Assembly (NCBI GenBank): GCA_030704615.1
Contig: CM060732.1
Span: 65,224,001 to 65,288,000 of the forward strand
Reading direction: 5' to 3'
From: Takakia lepidozioides
Lineage: Eukaryota; Plantae; Bryophyta
Length of the DNA stretch: 64,000 bases
This document shows positions 38,305-50,363 of the stretch, one piece after another (position 1 is the stretch's first letter; the number at the start of each line of letters is the position of its first letter). The notes beneath the pieces were generated by a model. That model did no database searches. It was not told where the DNA came from and saw only the letters and a list, made by a program, of their open reading frames with translations. The translations under genes and the position numbers were made by a program.

Positions 38305-41300
38305 CTACTCTCCTACACCCTCCGAGGAACTTGCCCCACCTTCTTCCTCATCCCCCCCATCCCCCTCATCCTCCGAGCTCTGTGATGCATCAGTTCCACT
38401 ATGCCTCTCAAAAATCCCGTCCTCTCCTTGGGGGACTGTCCACCTCACCTCCTGGGAATCTTCTGCGTCTTCTCCCCCACTTTCCTCAGCAGAATCCAAG
38501 ACAAATCTACGAGCCCGATGGGCTCTAATAGCTGCTGCCTCCTCCCTCATCTTCATTTTCTTGAGGCTTGCCTCGTCTAAAATCTGCTACACGACTAGGT
38601 TCGGAACACCTCCTAATGGACACCGAAGCAAGCCGGGCAGCATAAGTAGGAAGGATGTACTCCCTTTCTGGACTAGGCATGAAATCCCCCTGGCAAAAAA
38701 AGGCACGTTCCTCCTGCCCATGAACTCCGGTGTAGACGTCCCTCCGGCAGTACTTGGCATCCTATAGTAAGAACAAATCCACTTCAAGAATGTCAATACC
38801 AGCACAACCAGAAAGGGTTTTCAATGAAATAAGAGAGCGGAGGGAGGTGCCTCACGAAATCTGGAGGCAACTTACAATGCCACCACTCACTCGTAAACCG
38901 GGGGCTCCTCGGCCTCGATCCCAACTTCCTCCCCCTGCTCCTTCTCGGATTTTTCCTCATCCTCCGAGGATGCCTCTTCCTCTTTCGGCAGACGTTCAGC
39001 CGCTGCAAGTTCCGAGTTGTGGAGGGCAGTATCTGGCTCGAAGGCGAACACATGCCTGTTGGACAACGTCCCTGCCCACATTGAAGCACCTGAGGAACAA
39101 AGCGGGCGGTTAATAGCTTGCGGCATGCAATTACAATTGGGCCAGGGGACAAACTGATCACGTGAAGGCTTACCCGTGCCGCATGTGAGGTCTAGAATCC
39201 ACCCTTGGACATCCGAGCACATCTCCATGAGGGTTTGGATGAAAGCAGGGCTCCGGGTCCGGCTGTACCGCCACGGTTTGCCTGTCTTTGTGTCCTTCGG
39301 CATACTGGAGTGGAACACATAGTTGTAGAGGACATCGTAGGTTACAGGGTCCACAGCGGCATCAACAAGACGACCGTCGTTGCGGAATTTAAACGTAGAC
39401 CCTCTCTTCACAAAGCAATATGCCTCAAACACCAATGTCTGCACATCCAACAAAGAAGGGATCAACTCTAGGGTCTACTTAACATACACCACAATATGAA
39501 GTGAACGCAATAGATTGATAACTTACACTTTGGCCCTCTGTTCGCAACCCCTGTGTACTGATGCAGAACCATTTTCTGAGGAGGACCGGGGTGACACTTT
39601 TGGGTGTCCACCTTGCCACCGCATTCTCTGTGGTCTTCCCTCTCGTGGCAAGGACAACCACACATCCACCGTCATCCAGAAGCATCCCCGCCAGCCCAAA
39701 CCCGGCTTTCTAGTAGTCCTCAGTAAACCTGTTCCAGGTGGGCACACCATCCAGGCCCTCCAGTAGCTCCCCATCTGGAATGTCGAGGAGAATCATGTCG
39801 CAAGCTCTCTCCACCTCAACCCCCCCCCCCCCCCCCCCCCCGAGTGCTCTTGCAATTCGTGCTCACAGCCGTGAAGAATTCCATCATGGCTTCAAAACCA
39901 GGGGTGCCTTTAGGCTCTGTACCGCCAGCCCTCTTCTTGGCTTTCCCCTTCTGCTCCGCCAGAGACTTGCTGTGTGCCACCTTCTTCGCCCTGGCAGCGA
40001 GAGCGTCAAGGAAGCTCTCGTTGACGCATTGGATGATGGTTGGAGGTTCTAGCTTTGGCCTGTGCGTAAACGTCACCGCCAAATACCGCCGTGTAGGCTC
40101 GCCCTCAAATGCCAACTTCTTGGCAGAGCCAGTCCCACTCCGAACTGACTTGGGAACCCGGACGACCGGTGACTGGGTAGGAGCAACAGCAGTTGCAAGA
40201 CCTTGAACAAAGTCGTCGTCCGAGTCACTCTCTTGGGTCCCCTCCTGCGCCTCCTCTGATGCCCCGATGGTTTTCTTTTTTTTGGGTGTTACTGCACTCA
40301 CCTGTTTCCTTGTCCTTTTCCTTTGGCCTTTACTCTTCTCATGCAATTTCTCCTGAATTCTTGCCTGAGCAAGTTTTGCCGCTTTCCTGGAGTTCGCAAG
40401 CGCTTTTGCCTCTTTTGCACCCAACGGAGGCAGCGGAGCCCAGTTTCGTCGGAATTCAGTATCCAGCTTCAATTGAAACTCGGATGGGTCGAGCGAGCCG
40501 GGCGGAAGGTCCACATACCAAGGGCAATCACGCAAATGTTCCAGATGCCACTCCTTCATGGAGTCAGCCCCAGGGTTCCTCCATGCCAGGAAGAATGGTG
40601 GCTCGAAAGACAGATGACCTTTCTCCAAAAGGGAGAACTTGCAGTACCTGCATTCATGAAAAACACTATGAGGTCCCTGAAATGCATATTCGGCACCATT
40701 TTCCCAGGTTGGGGCGGATGTGAGTGGGCCTAGAAATGGAAAAATGACGCCGAATTTCGGTTTTCGGTGACTGCCACCCTAGGGACTTAGCCATCTTGGG
40801 AGCCCTGAACTGGAAATTCGGCGCCATTTTTCCCGGTTTGGCCCGAAGATGGCCAAGTCCCAGAACCGCAATAGGGCCTAGAACTGGAAAAATGGCGCCG
40901 AATTTCCACTTCGGGGCCAGCCACCCTAGGGACTTAGCCCGAAAATGGCTAAGTCCCTGAACGGCAATAGGGCCTAGAACTGGAAAATGGCGCCGAATTT
41001 CCAGTTCGGGGCCAGCCAGTCTAGGGACTTAGCCCGAAAATGGCTAAGTCCCTGAACGGCAATAGGGCCTAGAACTGGAAAATGGCGCCGAATTTCCACT
41101 TCGGGGCCAGCCACCCTAGGGACTTAGCCCGAAAATGGCTAAGTCCCTGAACGGCAATAGGGCCTGGAACTGGAAAATGGCGCCGAATTTCCAGTTCAGG
41201 GCCAGCCAGTCTAGGGACTTAGCCCGAAAATGGCTGTCCCTGAACGGCAATAGGGCCTGGAACTGGAAAATGGCGCCGAATTTCCAGTTCAGGGCCAGCC

Positions 41301-43943
41301 AGTCTAGGGACTTAGCCATTTTCGGAGCCCTGACTGGAAATTCGGCGCCATTTTCCCTAACACCACATGAGGCCTCTAACATCCTGAAATGCAAGGACTT
41401 GAAAGAAACGCAGCGCGTATGTACCTGTACAGAAGGCGCATTGCTGCTTTGTCCGCGTTCGGCTGGTCGGTGAACTCGTGGCTCCGGCGAGCATCTGCTA
41501 TCTCCCGAAAGAATAGGTTGGTTTTGTAGAGCAGAAAGTACCTCGTCACATAGTCACGTAGGCTCTCTGCTGCAGGAGATATCTCCATCTTGAACTGATG
41601 TGCTTGTGTGTCCAGCTGCTCTTGCGCATTTGTCGTCACCTGTGGAGATTCTCCATCAGATCGCTTTCCAGAAAAAATACAATGAATCCACCCCCTACTA
41701 GAGTAGAAGCCCCAAACGAAGCGTGGGAAGTACCTGAAACCACCATGTCATGCGGTTCATCCACATGTCGAATGTGGGGTCAGAGAGTTTGTCCGGTTTG
41801 GGGAAGCTCCACATGTCCCTGGTACTTTGGGAACCATTCCAGATTTGGAGCCACCGGGTCTGTCCAACCACCCAGCATATTCGTAAGCGCCAAACACCAC
41901 AAAAAGGAGTTGTTGCCACCACAATTTGGTTAAGAATGTATCACCTTTTCTGTTGCATCCACACAGGATGTGGCTAGACGATGGAGCTTCTCCAATGTCA
42001 TCGTGGGCTTCAGAGCGCGAGAGTAGTGCTTCCCCACCTCCACCAGAAAGTCGGCACCAAGGGCGGGATCAGCTATGGCCACGTACTTTACCATCCGCGA
42101 CTTGTACTTTATGCGGGCCCTCACCTCCGCAGCTTTGACATACGATTCGAGTGTCGGGAGGGTTGGATTCTTCTCCTCTGACTCCATGTAGAACCTCCGC
42201 GCATGTGCCAAATCCTATTGTATTTTCGTCTGTCAAGAATGCGCACATAAGATTAGAGATCCTGCTCAACACAATTTCTTCTATTGGGGGAGGAGATTAG
42301 AAATCACGGTGAAGACCTTTTCTTCTATTGGGGGAGGAGAGACAGATTAGGTCAACAAAACTGTCAGGAGCTTTACCCGAAACATGTAGTCCACCATGGC
42401 GTCGACGCTCAGCCTATACCAGGTTCTGTCTGCCTTTGCCTCCGACTTGCGCAAGAGGTCGGCACTGAGGGAATTGGCAAACTCTTGCACCCCCTGCTTC
42501 CCGACATCCTTCACTCGGAAGAGCATATGGGACAAGTTGGTGGCAATGAAGGCATTCTCAGTCACCCTGCAGTGCCACATTTCCATCAAACAATACTGAA
42601 ATGGAAATTTTCATCATATATGAGGATTCGCAATGAAATGACTTCCAAATTCAAAGTCCAAAAGCGAGAGGCGTTGTAACTTACGAGTTGATGTCCGCCA
42701 TTGCAGCTTTGAGAAGACTGCGATCTTTGGGCCCCGCAACCTTCAGCACAACACAATCCACGGCGAAATGCCAATCGAGGTCGTTGGGGTGGGCTTGGGC
42801 AATGTGCTCCATTCATGCCAGGAGGCGATGATTGCCGTCCCACACGTAGAACATCTTACCGGACAAGTGCTGGAAAAGAGGATCACTAGCAATCGATCTC
42901 TCGAACTCCTCATTTCGCGTTTGCCAATGGGGACCCCATTTGTCCACCTCATCGGAAGTGTGGGCACGGGAAGCTCCGTGGTCGTTCTCAATGGAAACGT
43001 AAAACGCGGCAGACCCCATTCGATATCCATCCCGGAAAGAGAATTTCAGCTTGTCGATATCGCCTGGGAGGGCAGGTCTCACCACCTACAATGACACCAA
43101 GCGGCAAAGGGGAATTTGAAGCTTGGCCGGGTACACCATGCCCCCCAGCACCCTGCCAATGTTGCTGTGGGTTGCCTCCAACATCTTGGCAGCGGCCAAC
43201 TTCATATCCGCCTCAGACATGACGTCTGCTGCAGAGGGGTTTTCCGGCAGCCCACCACGACCGCCAAATCCAGCCTGTATGCTCCGGATTTGGGGCCTGG
43301 GGATGTCCGGGAGGATGTTATCCTGGTCAGAAAGCTCCCTGTCATCCTCCTCAACAGGGTCAGCCACCTGCGAAACCACCTCCAGCACTCTCCCCGTCTC
43401 TACTACCAACTCCCTGGCTTCACCTCGAACTTGCACAATCCGTGCTCTTTCTGGTGTTCTTTCCTCTCCTCCACTCTCCACCGTATGGGTAATTGCAGGG
43501 GCTGCTCTTGCCCGCGATGGTCTAACCGGTGTGTTACTGCCTCTCTGTGGTGTCTTGGAGGGATCCACCGTCTCTATGCGTCCCTCGCTTACATTGGCAT
43601 CTGTCATTTGGGCACCCCTGGCCTCTTCAGTGGCCTTTTCTCTTTCCTCCTGGCTAGCATTCTGTCTCGTCTGTTCTTTTGCCCTCTCACGGGCTTTCTG
43701 TTTCTTACTAGGGCTAGCAGCAGGGGAGCCCTCCAGGACGACCACCTTTGATTGAGGCGAACTGACACCCTCGCGCGCACTGCTCACTCCCCCCTCCGCA
43801 GCCCGTGACGGCTCTCTCGCCGGGGATTGCATGTGCTTAGCTTTCTTCTTTCTCTTTGCGTGGGCGGGTCCTACTGCATGTGCATCAACAACCTCCATTG
43901 CCAGATCTGCTGTCCTCATGTCCTCACGCCCTTCACCTGCCAT
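38305..43943 (-). pseudogene. ParB/Srx-like plus beta-class DNA amino-methyltransferase fusion gene, paralog 2 (multi-exon, apparently full span)
   Basis: VRPALPGDIDKLKFSF..GY and YVWDGNHRLLA*. MTase motif IV-like DMILLDIPDG (39770-39784), LLDDGGCVVV, then RSPAFIQTLMEMCS..QGWILDLTCGTG|ASMWAG..SNRHVFAFEPD across an intron at 39090-39173 (motifs X-I-II). Acidic tail. In-frame stops at ~43086, 42813 and ~39711. Confidence 0.8.
40690..41360. repeat. Intronic ~95-bp tandem array related to satellite A
   Basis: Units gaactggaaaatggcgccgaatttcc...gggacttagcccgaaaatggctaagtccc, inside the intron ~40648-41424. Confidence 0.9.
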
Positions 43944-44879
43944 GCCGCCTGCACCAACCTCCCAATGCCTATTCTGTCGTACTCTCGTTGCAAGTCCTCC
44001 CGTCCACCAACAAAAGGTTTAAGTTTGCCCTCTCGCCCCAAGTTGGGCGATTCAAACATGCGATGAGTTGGAGCTGTCGATGATACCACCAGCGTGCCGG
44101 GCTCGTCGTCACTCTGTCATTCCCAAAAATAGTGAGAACCAACATCGGTGCCAAAACCAGCATCGCAACGAGCAGCGCAACCACCATAGCAACAATCGTG
44201 TAACAAAAATGAAAACATAACAAGTTTAGGAAGTATGGAGAGCCATGCAACAACAATGAAAACAAATGCAACCATTGCCTGAGAATGACATGCACAAGCA
44301 GCCTTCTCCAGAGCTGCCGGATTTGCACACGCATTGCAAACAATCTAAGGTTCACTCAACTATCTAAGGTTCACTCATCCAGCAAAGCCAGGATGAAGAT
44401 GCAAAAACAAAGCGAGGCAACAAAGCGAAAGCGAAAGCAAAAGCAAAAAAGAAATCGAACAAAGCGAAAGCAGAAGTGGCTTGCCTGAGAGTAGTCGGCT
44501 TTAGTTGGCGCGGGTTGTGAGCAAGACACTGGAATCTCCTGTTGGAGCTTCAGTTTGGCCATGCGAGAGATTGGCCGTCGTCCGTAGTCCAGAGCTTTCA
44601 ACTTCCGCCGCGGTCTGGATGTGAGGTCTCTCTCGGGAGAGCCACACCCTTCAGGCGGCATAAGTCCCAGCCAAAATGGAAAAAGATCTCCGTTTTTGGG
44701 GTACATGCCTCAAATAGCATGTTAAGCCAAGATTAGCATCAGATTTAGGGTACGTATCCAGGAAGCCATGTGTCGCCAGCCCGAATGAAAATGGACGGCG
44801 GTGCACATTTATTGCCCAATTGCGCAATTAATTGTCGGATGAAGCCCTCCATGTCGGATGAAAATTGACAGAAAGAGGC

Positions 44880-45770
44880 CCGGAATTTCCAACGTAGAGG
44901 TAATTCGGAGCGCTGCACGATGGAAATCCGGCGCCAGATTTCCATCTTGCAAGTAATTCCAAGCGCAGCAGGATGGAAATTCAGCGCCGAATTTGCATCC
45001 TGCAAGGTAGGGCGGCGCGCGAAATTCCCCTCACGCAGGTAATTCCGAAGCGGATGGATGGAAATCCGGCGCCGGATTTCCATCCGTGCAAGTAGGGCGG
45101 CGCGCCAAATTTCCCTCACGCAGGTAATTCAGAAGCGGATGGATGGAAATCCGGCGCCGGATTTCCATCCGCGCAGGTAGGGCGGCGCGCCAAATTTCCC
45201 TCATGCAGGTAGTTCAGAAGCGGATGGATGGAAATCCGCCGCCGGATTTCCATCCGCGCAGGTAGGGCGGCGCGCCAAATTTCCCTCACGCAGGTAATTC
45301 AGAAGCGGATGGATGGAAATCCGGCGCCGGATTTCCATCCGCGCAGGTAGGGCGCGCCAAATTTCCCTCACGCAGGTAAATCAGAAGCGGATGGATGGAA
45401 ATCCGGCGCCGGATTTCCATCCGCGCAGGTAGGGCGTCGCGCCAAATTTCCCTCACGCAGGTAATTCAGAAGCGGATGGATGGAAATCCGGTAGGTAGAA
45501 ATCCATCCAGCAGGTAAGTGGAATCCCGGATGGATGGAAATCCGGCACCGAATTTCCATCCTGCAGGTAATTCGCATCCGCCGCCGAAATTTCCATCCTG
45601 CAGGTAAGTGAAATCCCGGATGGATGGAAATCCGGCGCCGAATTTCCATCCAGCAGGTAAGTGGAATCCCGGATGGATGGAAATCCGGCGCCGAATTTCC
45701 ATCCAGCAGGTAAGTCGGATCGCTGCCGTATGGATATTCGGCGCCGAATTTCCATTCGCCAGGTATTTCG
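44880..45770. repeat. Repeat B array (85-bp units) between the divergent genes
   Basis: caggtaattc recurs at 45121 and 45291 (2x85); 30-bp GGCGCC palindrome in most units. Confidence 0.9.
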
Positions 45771-45772
45771 AA

Positions 45773-46096
45773 GCTGTGACGGCTGTGTGGGCTGTGTGGG
45801 CTGTGACGACTGTGACGGCTGTGTGGGCTGTGACGACTGTGACGGGCTGTGTTGGCTGTGTGGGCTGTGTAACCCCCTTCTACAGTGCGCTGCTGTCACC
45901 CCTAAGGTTCCTGTTTGTCTCAGTCTGTGCAAAATTTAAGGGTACCCTACAGATCCCGTATAAGTGTCTAAGTCCCCTACAGTCCTCTAACAAAGCCTCT
46001 CCACCACCAGTGAATGTTAAGAGTCTAAGGAGATTCCTTGGACAAACCAGCTATAACAGAAGATTTGTCAGACGGTATGCACAGATAGCAGCACCA
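45773..46096. other. Chimeric Gypsy insert: LTR 5' end (-) 45773-45992 joined to a pol piece (+) 45993-46096
   Basis: Absent at the homologous site 13211-13232 (tatttcgaagc|gctgaattacc). The pol piece matches ~54372-54475. Confidence 0.8.
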
Positions 46097-46219
46097 TTGA
46101 ATTACCTTCCTGCAGGTAATTCTGATCGCAGAATTACCTTCCTGTAGGTAATTCTGAGCGCTGAATTACCTTCCTGCAGGTAATTCTCAGCGTGTCCGAC
46201 TGATTTTTCGGAGAAGACT

Positions 46220-46940
46220 TCCTTTGGGGGGGCCCGGATGGAAATTCGGCGCCGAATCTCCATCCAGGGGATGTTCTCTGTCGCACACGCGCCGGCCTCT
46301 ACGCCCGAGGCGACTTCATCCGGGCGTCCCCTGTTGGATATTCGGTGCCGAATTTCCGTCCGGAGATTGAAATGTGACGGCCAGGTGGCGGCGTCTCCCC
46401 CCTCCCCGACTGCATCCGAACCGCCCAGATGGAAATTCAGCGCCGTTTTTCTATCTGGGGATGTTTTTATTGCGGCCAGTTTTCGGCCTGACCCCCCGAC
46501 ACGACTTCCTTTTGGGGGGGCCCGGATGGAAATTCGGCGCCGAATCTCCATCCAGGGGATGTTCTCTGTCGCACATGCACCGGCCTCTGCGCCCGAGGTG
46601 ACTTCATCCGGGCTTCCCCTATTGTATATTCGGTGCCGAATTTCCGTCCGGGGGTTGTAATGTGAAGGCCAGATGGCGGCCTTTCCCCCGAGCCGACTGC
46701 ATCCGAAAGGCCTCGGATGGAAATTCGGCGCTTTTTCTCCATCCGCGGAGGTTTTTATGTCGGCCAGTTTTCGGCCTGACCCCCCGACAGGACTTCCTTT
46801 GGGGGGATCCGAATGGAAATTCGGCGCTGAATTTCCATCCGGGGGATGTTCTCTGTCGGACAGGTGCCGGCATCTCTGCCCCAGACGACTTCATCAGTGC
46901 GGCCCCTGTTGGATATTGGGTGCCGAATTTCCATTCGGGG
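46220..46940. repeat. Repeat C (~288-bp units)
   Basis: cccggatggaaattcggcgccgaatctcc at 46233 and 46521; third unit at ~46810. Confidence 0.85.
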
Positions 46941-47223
46941 GTAGTAATGTGACGGCACGGTGTCGGCTTCTCCCCTTCAGCCGACATCATCCGGACGGCC
47001 CCCCACTTTCTGACTGCATACCGTTGGCAGTTATTGCGCAAAGACCAGGGGCCGCATTCCGGAGACAAGGTTCATTAACACTTTGACTGTGGATTTTTGA
47101 GATAGTTGGCTCCCTGGATTTGGATCAGGCTTCGTCGCTCGGACAAATCGGCACCGCATTCCTTCCCATCGCTGCATCCCCCTTCTACCAGGGAGCTTCC
47201 CCGCACGCCATCCTGGCAGTCTT

Positions 47224-48955
47224 GTGTGCACATCTTCCATGGCGGAAAACCCGAGCGCTACAGTGTACTGCCCTCCTCACGAGCATAGAGCTTCATTTCC
47301 ATGCAGATGGGACATATGCCGGGTGATGGAGAAATATCTGTGCGTTCGATACCACCTGAAACCGGGGTCGGTTTTTTTGGAGGAGGAAAGGAAGGACTCA
47401 AACGGCCTTGTTGTCGAGAGTATTGTTGTGCTCCACGATGATTTCGGCGATGGCAGGGAATGGCGAGTTCCACCATCGGACAGCATCATATACAGGGCTG
47501 TTGGGGACTTCATTTGCCCGCCAAATGCACCTTCTATCCTGGCGCCTTCCACGAAACAATCCGCGAATCAGAGAGTGGCTACCTCAAAGAGAGAAGTCCG
47601 CAACGAAGTAAATCCAGAGCCGAACCCATCCATGAAGACGAGCGAGAACCGGGTTGTTCACAACCTGCCCGACTCAGACGAGGTCATGGAAGTTCCGAGG
47701 TCGTCCTGGAGATCAGGCAAGTCCTCAATGGACGTCAGTGGAGGAGGGAGTCATATTCCCAGCACGAGCACCGCAGTTCGATCTATTCTTGAAATTCTGC
47801 AAGGGCTTCACCTGGAGGGACACCGGTCGGAGCTGGCCGGGCTGGACTACAGCAAGTTCGCAATTAAATCGGTTACATGCCTTCCCGCCAACGTCGACGA
47901 TAATATCTTCTTTGAGTTCCCTCCTCGGGCGGACTACTCGAGGGCGTCCGGAATGTTGACAGATATGGATAGAAAACATGACGGTCATCCTTGGTGCGTT
48001 ACCAAAACCACCAGCATGAAGATGCTCGATGGTGTGCGGGTGCGCTACGTTGTTTGTGCGGGCACGTTGCGGTGTTTCTCCCCAACTTGCTTCCACTTTA
48101 AATCCAGAGGTCACAGGAACGAGACCGATTGGACAGGCACAGCTCATCAACCATTTCGAGCTCAGGAGAAGGTTCCGAACTCCACATTTAAGTGTGCGCA
48201 TTGCAAAGAACCACCACACTGCATATCTGTTTGTAATGCCAAGCAGTTCTATGTGTTGCACCGTTTCCCTGACCTCACCCGAGCTTGCATACACGTTGGT
48301 TCCCATTGTCACAAATTGGCGAGGGGGAACTCGCGGGAGGCTGCCCACGAGGCAGAGCAGCTCGTTCAAGACGAGGTTTAGTTGAGACCGGGTGCCAAAC
48401 CCAAACAGATACAGCTCCAAGCCGCCCATAAGATGGCATTGGCCAGAATTATGTCAGAAGACGGCTCCGATAGAGTTCCTCTCGATGAGAAGGAAATGGA
48501 GGCATTGCTGGAGTCGGTGTCCCACGTATGTTCACCGAATGTCCGAAACCACATTGTCTCATGCAAACAGAAAATTGGGCGTGGCTCGGATATGCACTCC
48601 ATTCTAGAGGTGAAGCGACGATGTGGATATGACTACATTCATGGAAGTAGGTTTCCAGGACAAGGGACTGAGGCAAATCGTTGTTTCGTATTCAAAATGT
48701 CCACGTGTGGACCTGGCAGTGGCGTCGAACTGGTCGACAAGATGACGAGTGGGGACTTGTCAAACAGTTGGGTCATGTTCGACAATATCAAGCGAATTAC
48801 AAATCACCAGTGGGTGACAATGGGTGCACATGTCTACGACACCCACTGCAGGATGCTAATGACAATTGCTATTTGTGAGATGAAAGGAGAGGACACACAA
48901 TTGGAGATGCTTCTTTGGCAGGGAATAAACGAACAGATGGCCAAGGCGGGATTGC
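47224..48955 (+). pseudogene. MULE-like transposase, 5' part (GCM-like Zn domain plus first catalytic Asp)
   Basis: DGHPW...C.G.LRC....C...C.HC......C....C...IH.G.HCH. In-frame TAG at 48379-48381. WVMFDN (D at 48781), TMGAHVYD...LMTIAICEMKGED. Interrupted by an LTR at 48956. Confidence 0.72.
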
Positions 48956-49754
48956 TGTTGGGAGGCAGTCTGGGCCTTAGGCATTTTTATGGGTTCTGTG
49001 GAGTCTGGGACTTAGACACTTCTATGGGTTCTGAGGGGTACCCTTAATTTTTTGAGATAGCCCGTCACAGCCATACACAGCCCGTCACAGCCCGATACAG
49101 CCGTCACAGTCTGACACAGTCGCACAGTCAGTCACAGCTGTTACAGTCGTAGGGAACGGTTATCATGACAGGGAATGACTGTGGGGAACAACATCTGCCG
49201 GGGAACATGTAATTCACAGAGGACGGTTAGTGAAGGAAAACGGTTAGAACAGCGGGTAAGGAGATAAAGCGGGCATCAGAGAGGGGATGGGGACTTTTTG
49301 GGACAGAGATCACTCCTGGGGAAGGATGGAGATTAGAGGAAGGGAAGCTGGCGAGGAGGAAGGAGATACTATAGGACAGAGTTAGTACGAGATGTAGGAT
49401 TACTTAGAGGGATAGATTAGAGAAGTGAGGACATCAGCATATATCCGATTATGATTAATCTGATTCTCATCCGATACAAACACCTTGTGTAGAGAGACTT
49501 GAGTGAAGCTGTGTATGAATGAAATCAGGGGGGCCCAAAGAAGCAATCTGACGCTTAAAAAGATACCTGGTCAAGATAAACAGGGAATATATAAACTGAT
49601 AAGGAATGTAATTGGAAACCCAACAATGATTCACTAGCTGCAGGTCATGACTGATTGTTTCACGCGGGCTAAATGCTTAGAGATATCCAACTCTTCTATC
49701 TTGGAGTTTCCCCCTCGGATAGCGAAGGGATGGGTGAGTAAAAGCCATGTGACA
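48956..49754 (+). repeat. 5' LTR
   Basis: tgttgggagg...gtgaca; direct repeat of 60914-61728. Confidence 0.95.
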
Positions 49755-50342
49755 TTTGGCGACCATACTGGGGAACTGAGTCATGAACAACCAGATGTGA
49801 CAGGCATCTGGTGGGATCATGGTGGTTGGAGGATTTAAGAATTTGATGTGAATCAAATTCCCTGTGGAACGAAGGAAGACAGATTGTCCAAACAATTCTT
49901 TCAAAGGTTCTTAGAATTGCCAGACGGTTGTAAAGAAAATATTCTTAAGCGAGTGCATGATGCTGATCCGGAATGGGGTCTGGAGAAAGGAGTGATAAAG
50001 ATTTATCAGGTAGCCTGTAGAGGAAGAGCGCGGTGGTTACCAACATTGGTTTATGTGATAGCCTTGCTATCTATTAAGCGGGTAGAGTTTGAAAGCTGGG
50101 ATGAAAGGAAAGTGAATGTTTACACTCATATGCATGAGGAGCTTGTATTGGTAAAGAATTGGATTCCAAAGGATATCTTGTGGATCAAACTTACACCAAG
50201 AACAGCTTTTCAGACTTGTTTACCATATGGTTATATGGTAACGGAGACTTCCAGTGTAGCCAGAGGTACATTGAAGCTGGAAAGAAACCCAGGCATATAC
50301 GAGAGATACTACATGAGAGAATTTTGGTTGTTGCCACACTAA
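49647..50342 (+). CDS. Extra 5' ORF (ORF0) upstream of gag, unknown function; one in-frame stop in this copy
   Basis: 49647-49838 and 49848-50342 are in the same frame; highly similar peptide at 24533-25206(-). Confidence 0.55.
49757..49774 (+). promoter_or_regulatory. Primer-binding site TGGCGACCATACTGGGGA (resembles tRNA-Arg-type PBS)
   Basis: Starts with TGG 2 nt after the LTR; identical in the minus copy at 25079-25096. The tRNA assignment is tentative. Confidence 0.8.
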
Positions 50343-50363
50343 ACGAAATGAAAGATATGGGAC

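Noticed and set aside
38305-43943. Bacterial, plasmid or phage contamination as the source of ParB-MTase
   Set aside because: Conserved GT-AG introns and interleaving with plant-type LTR elements.
44880-45770. CAGGTAA(G/T) splice-donor-like motif in each repeat B unit
   Set aside because: No matching acceptors or exon frame; explained by tandem amplification.
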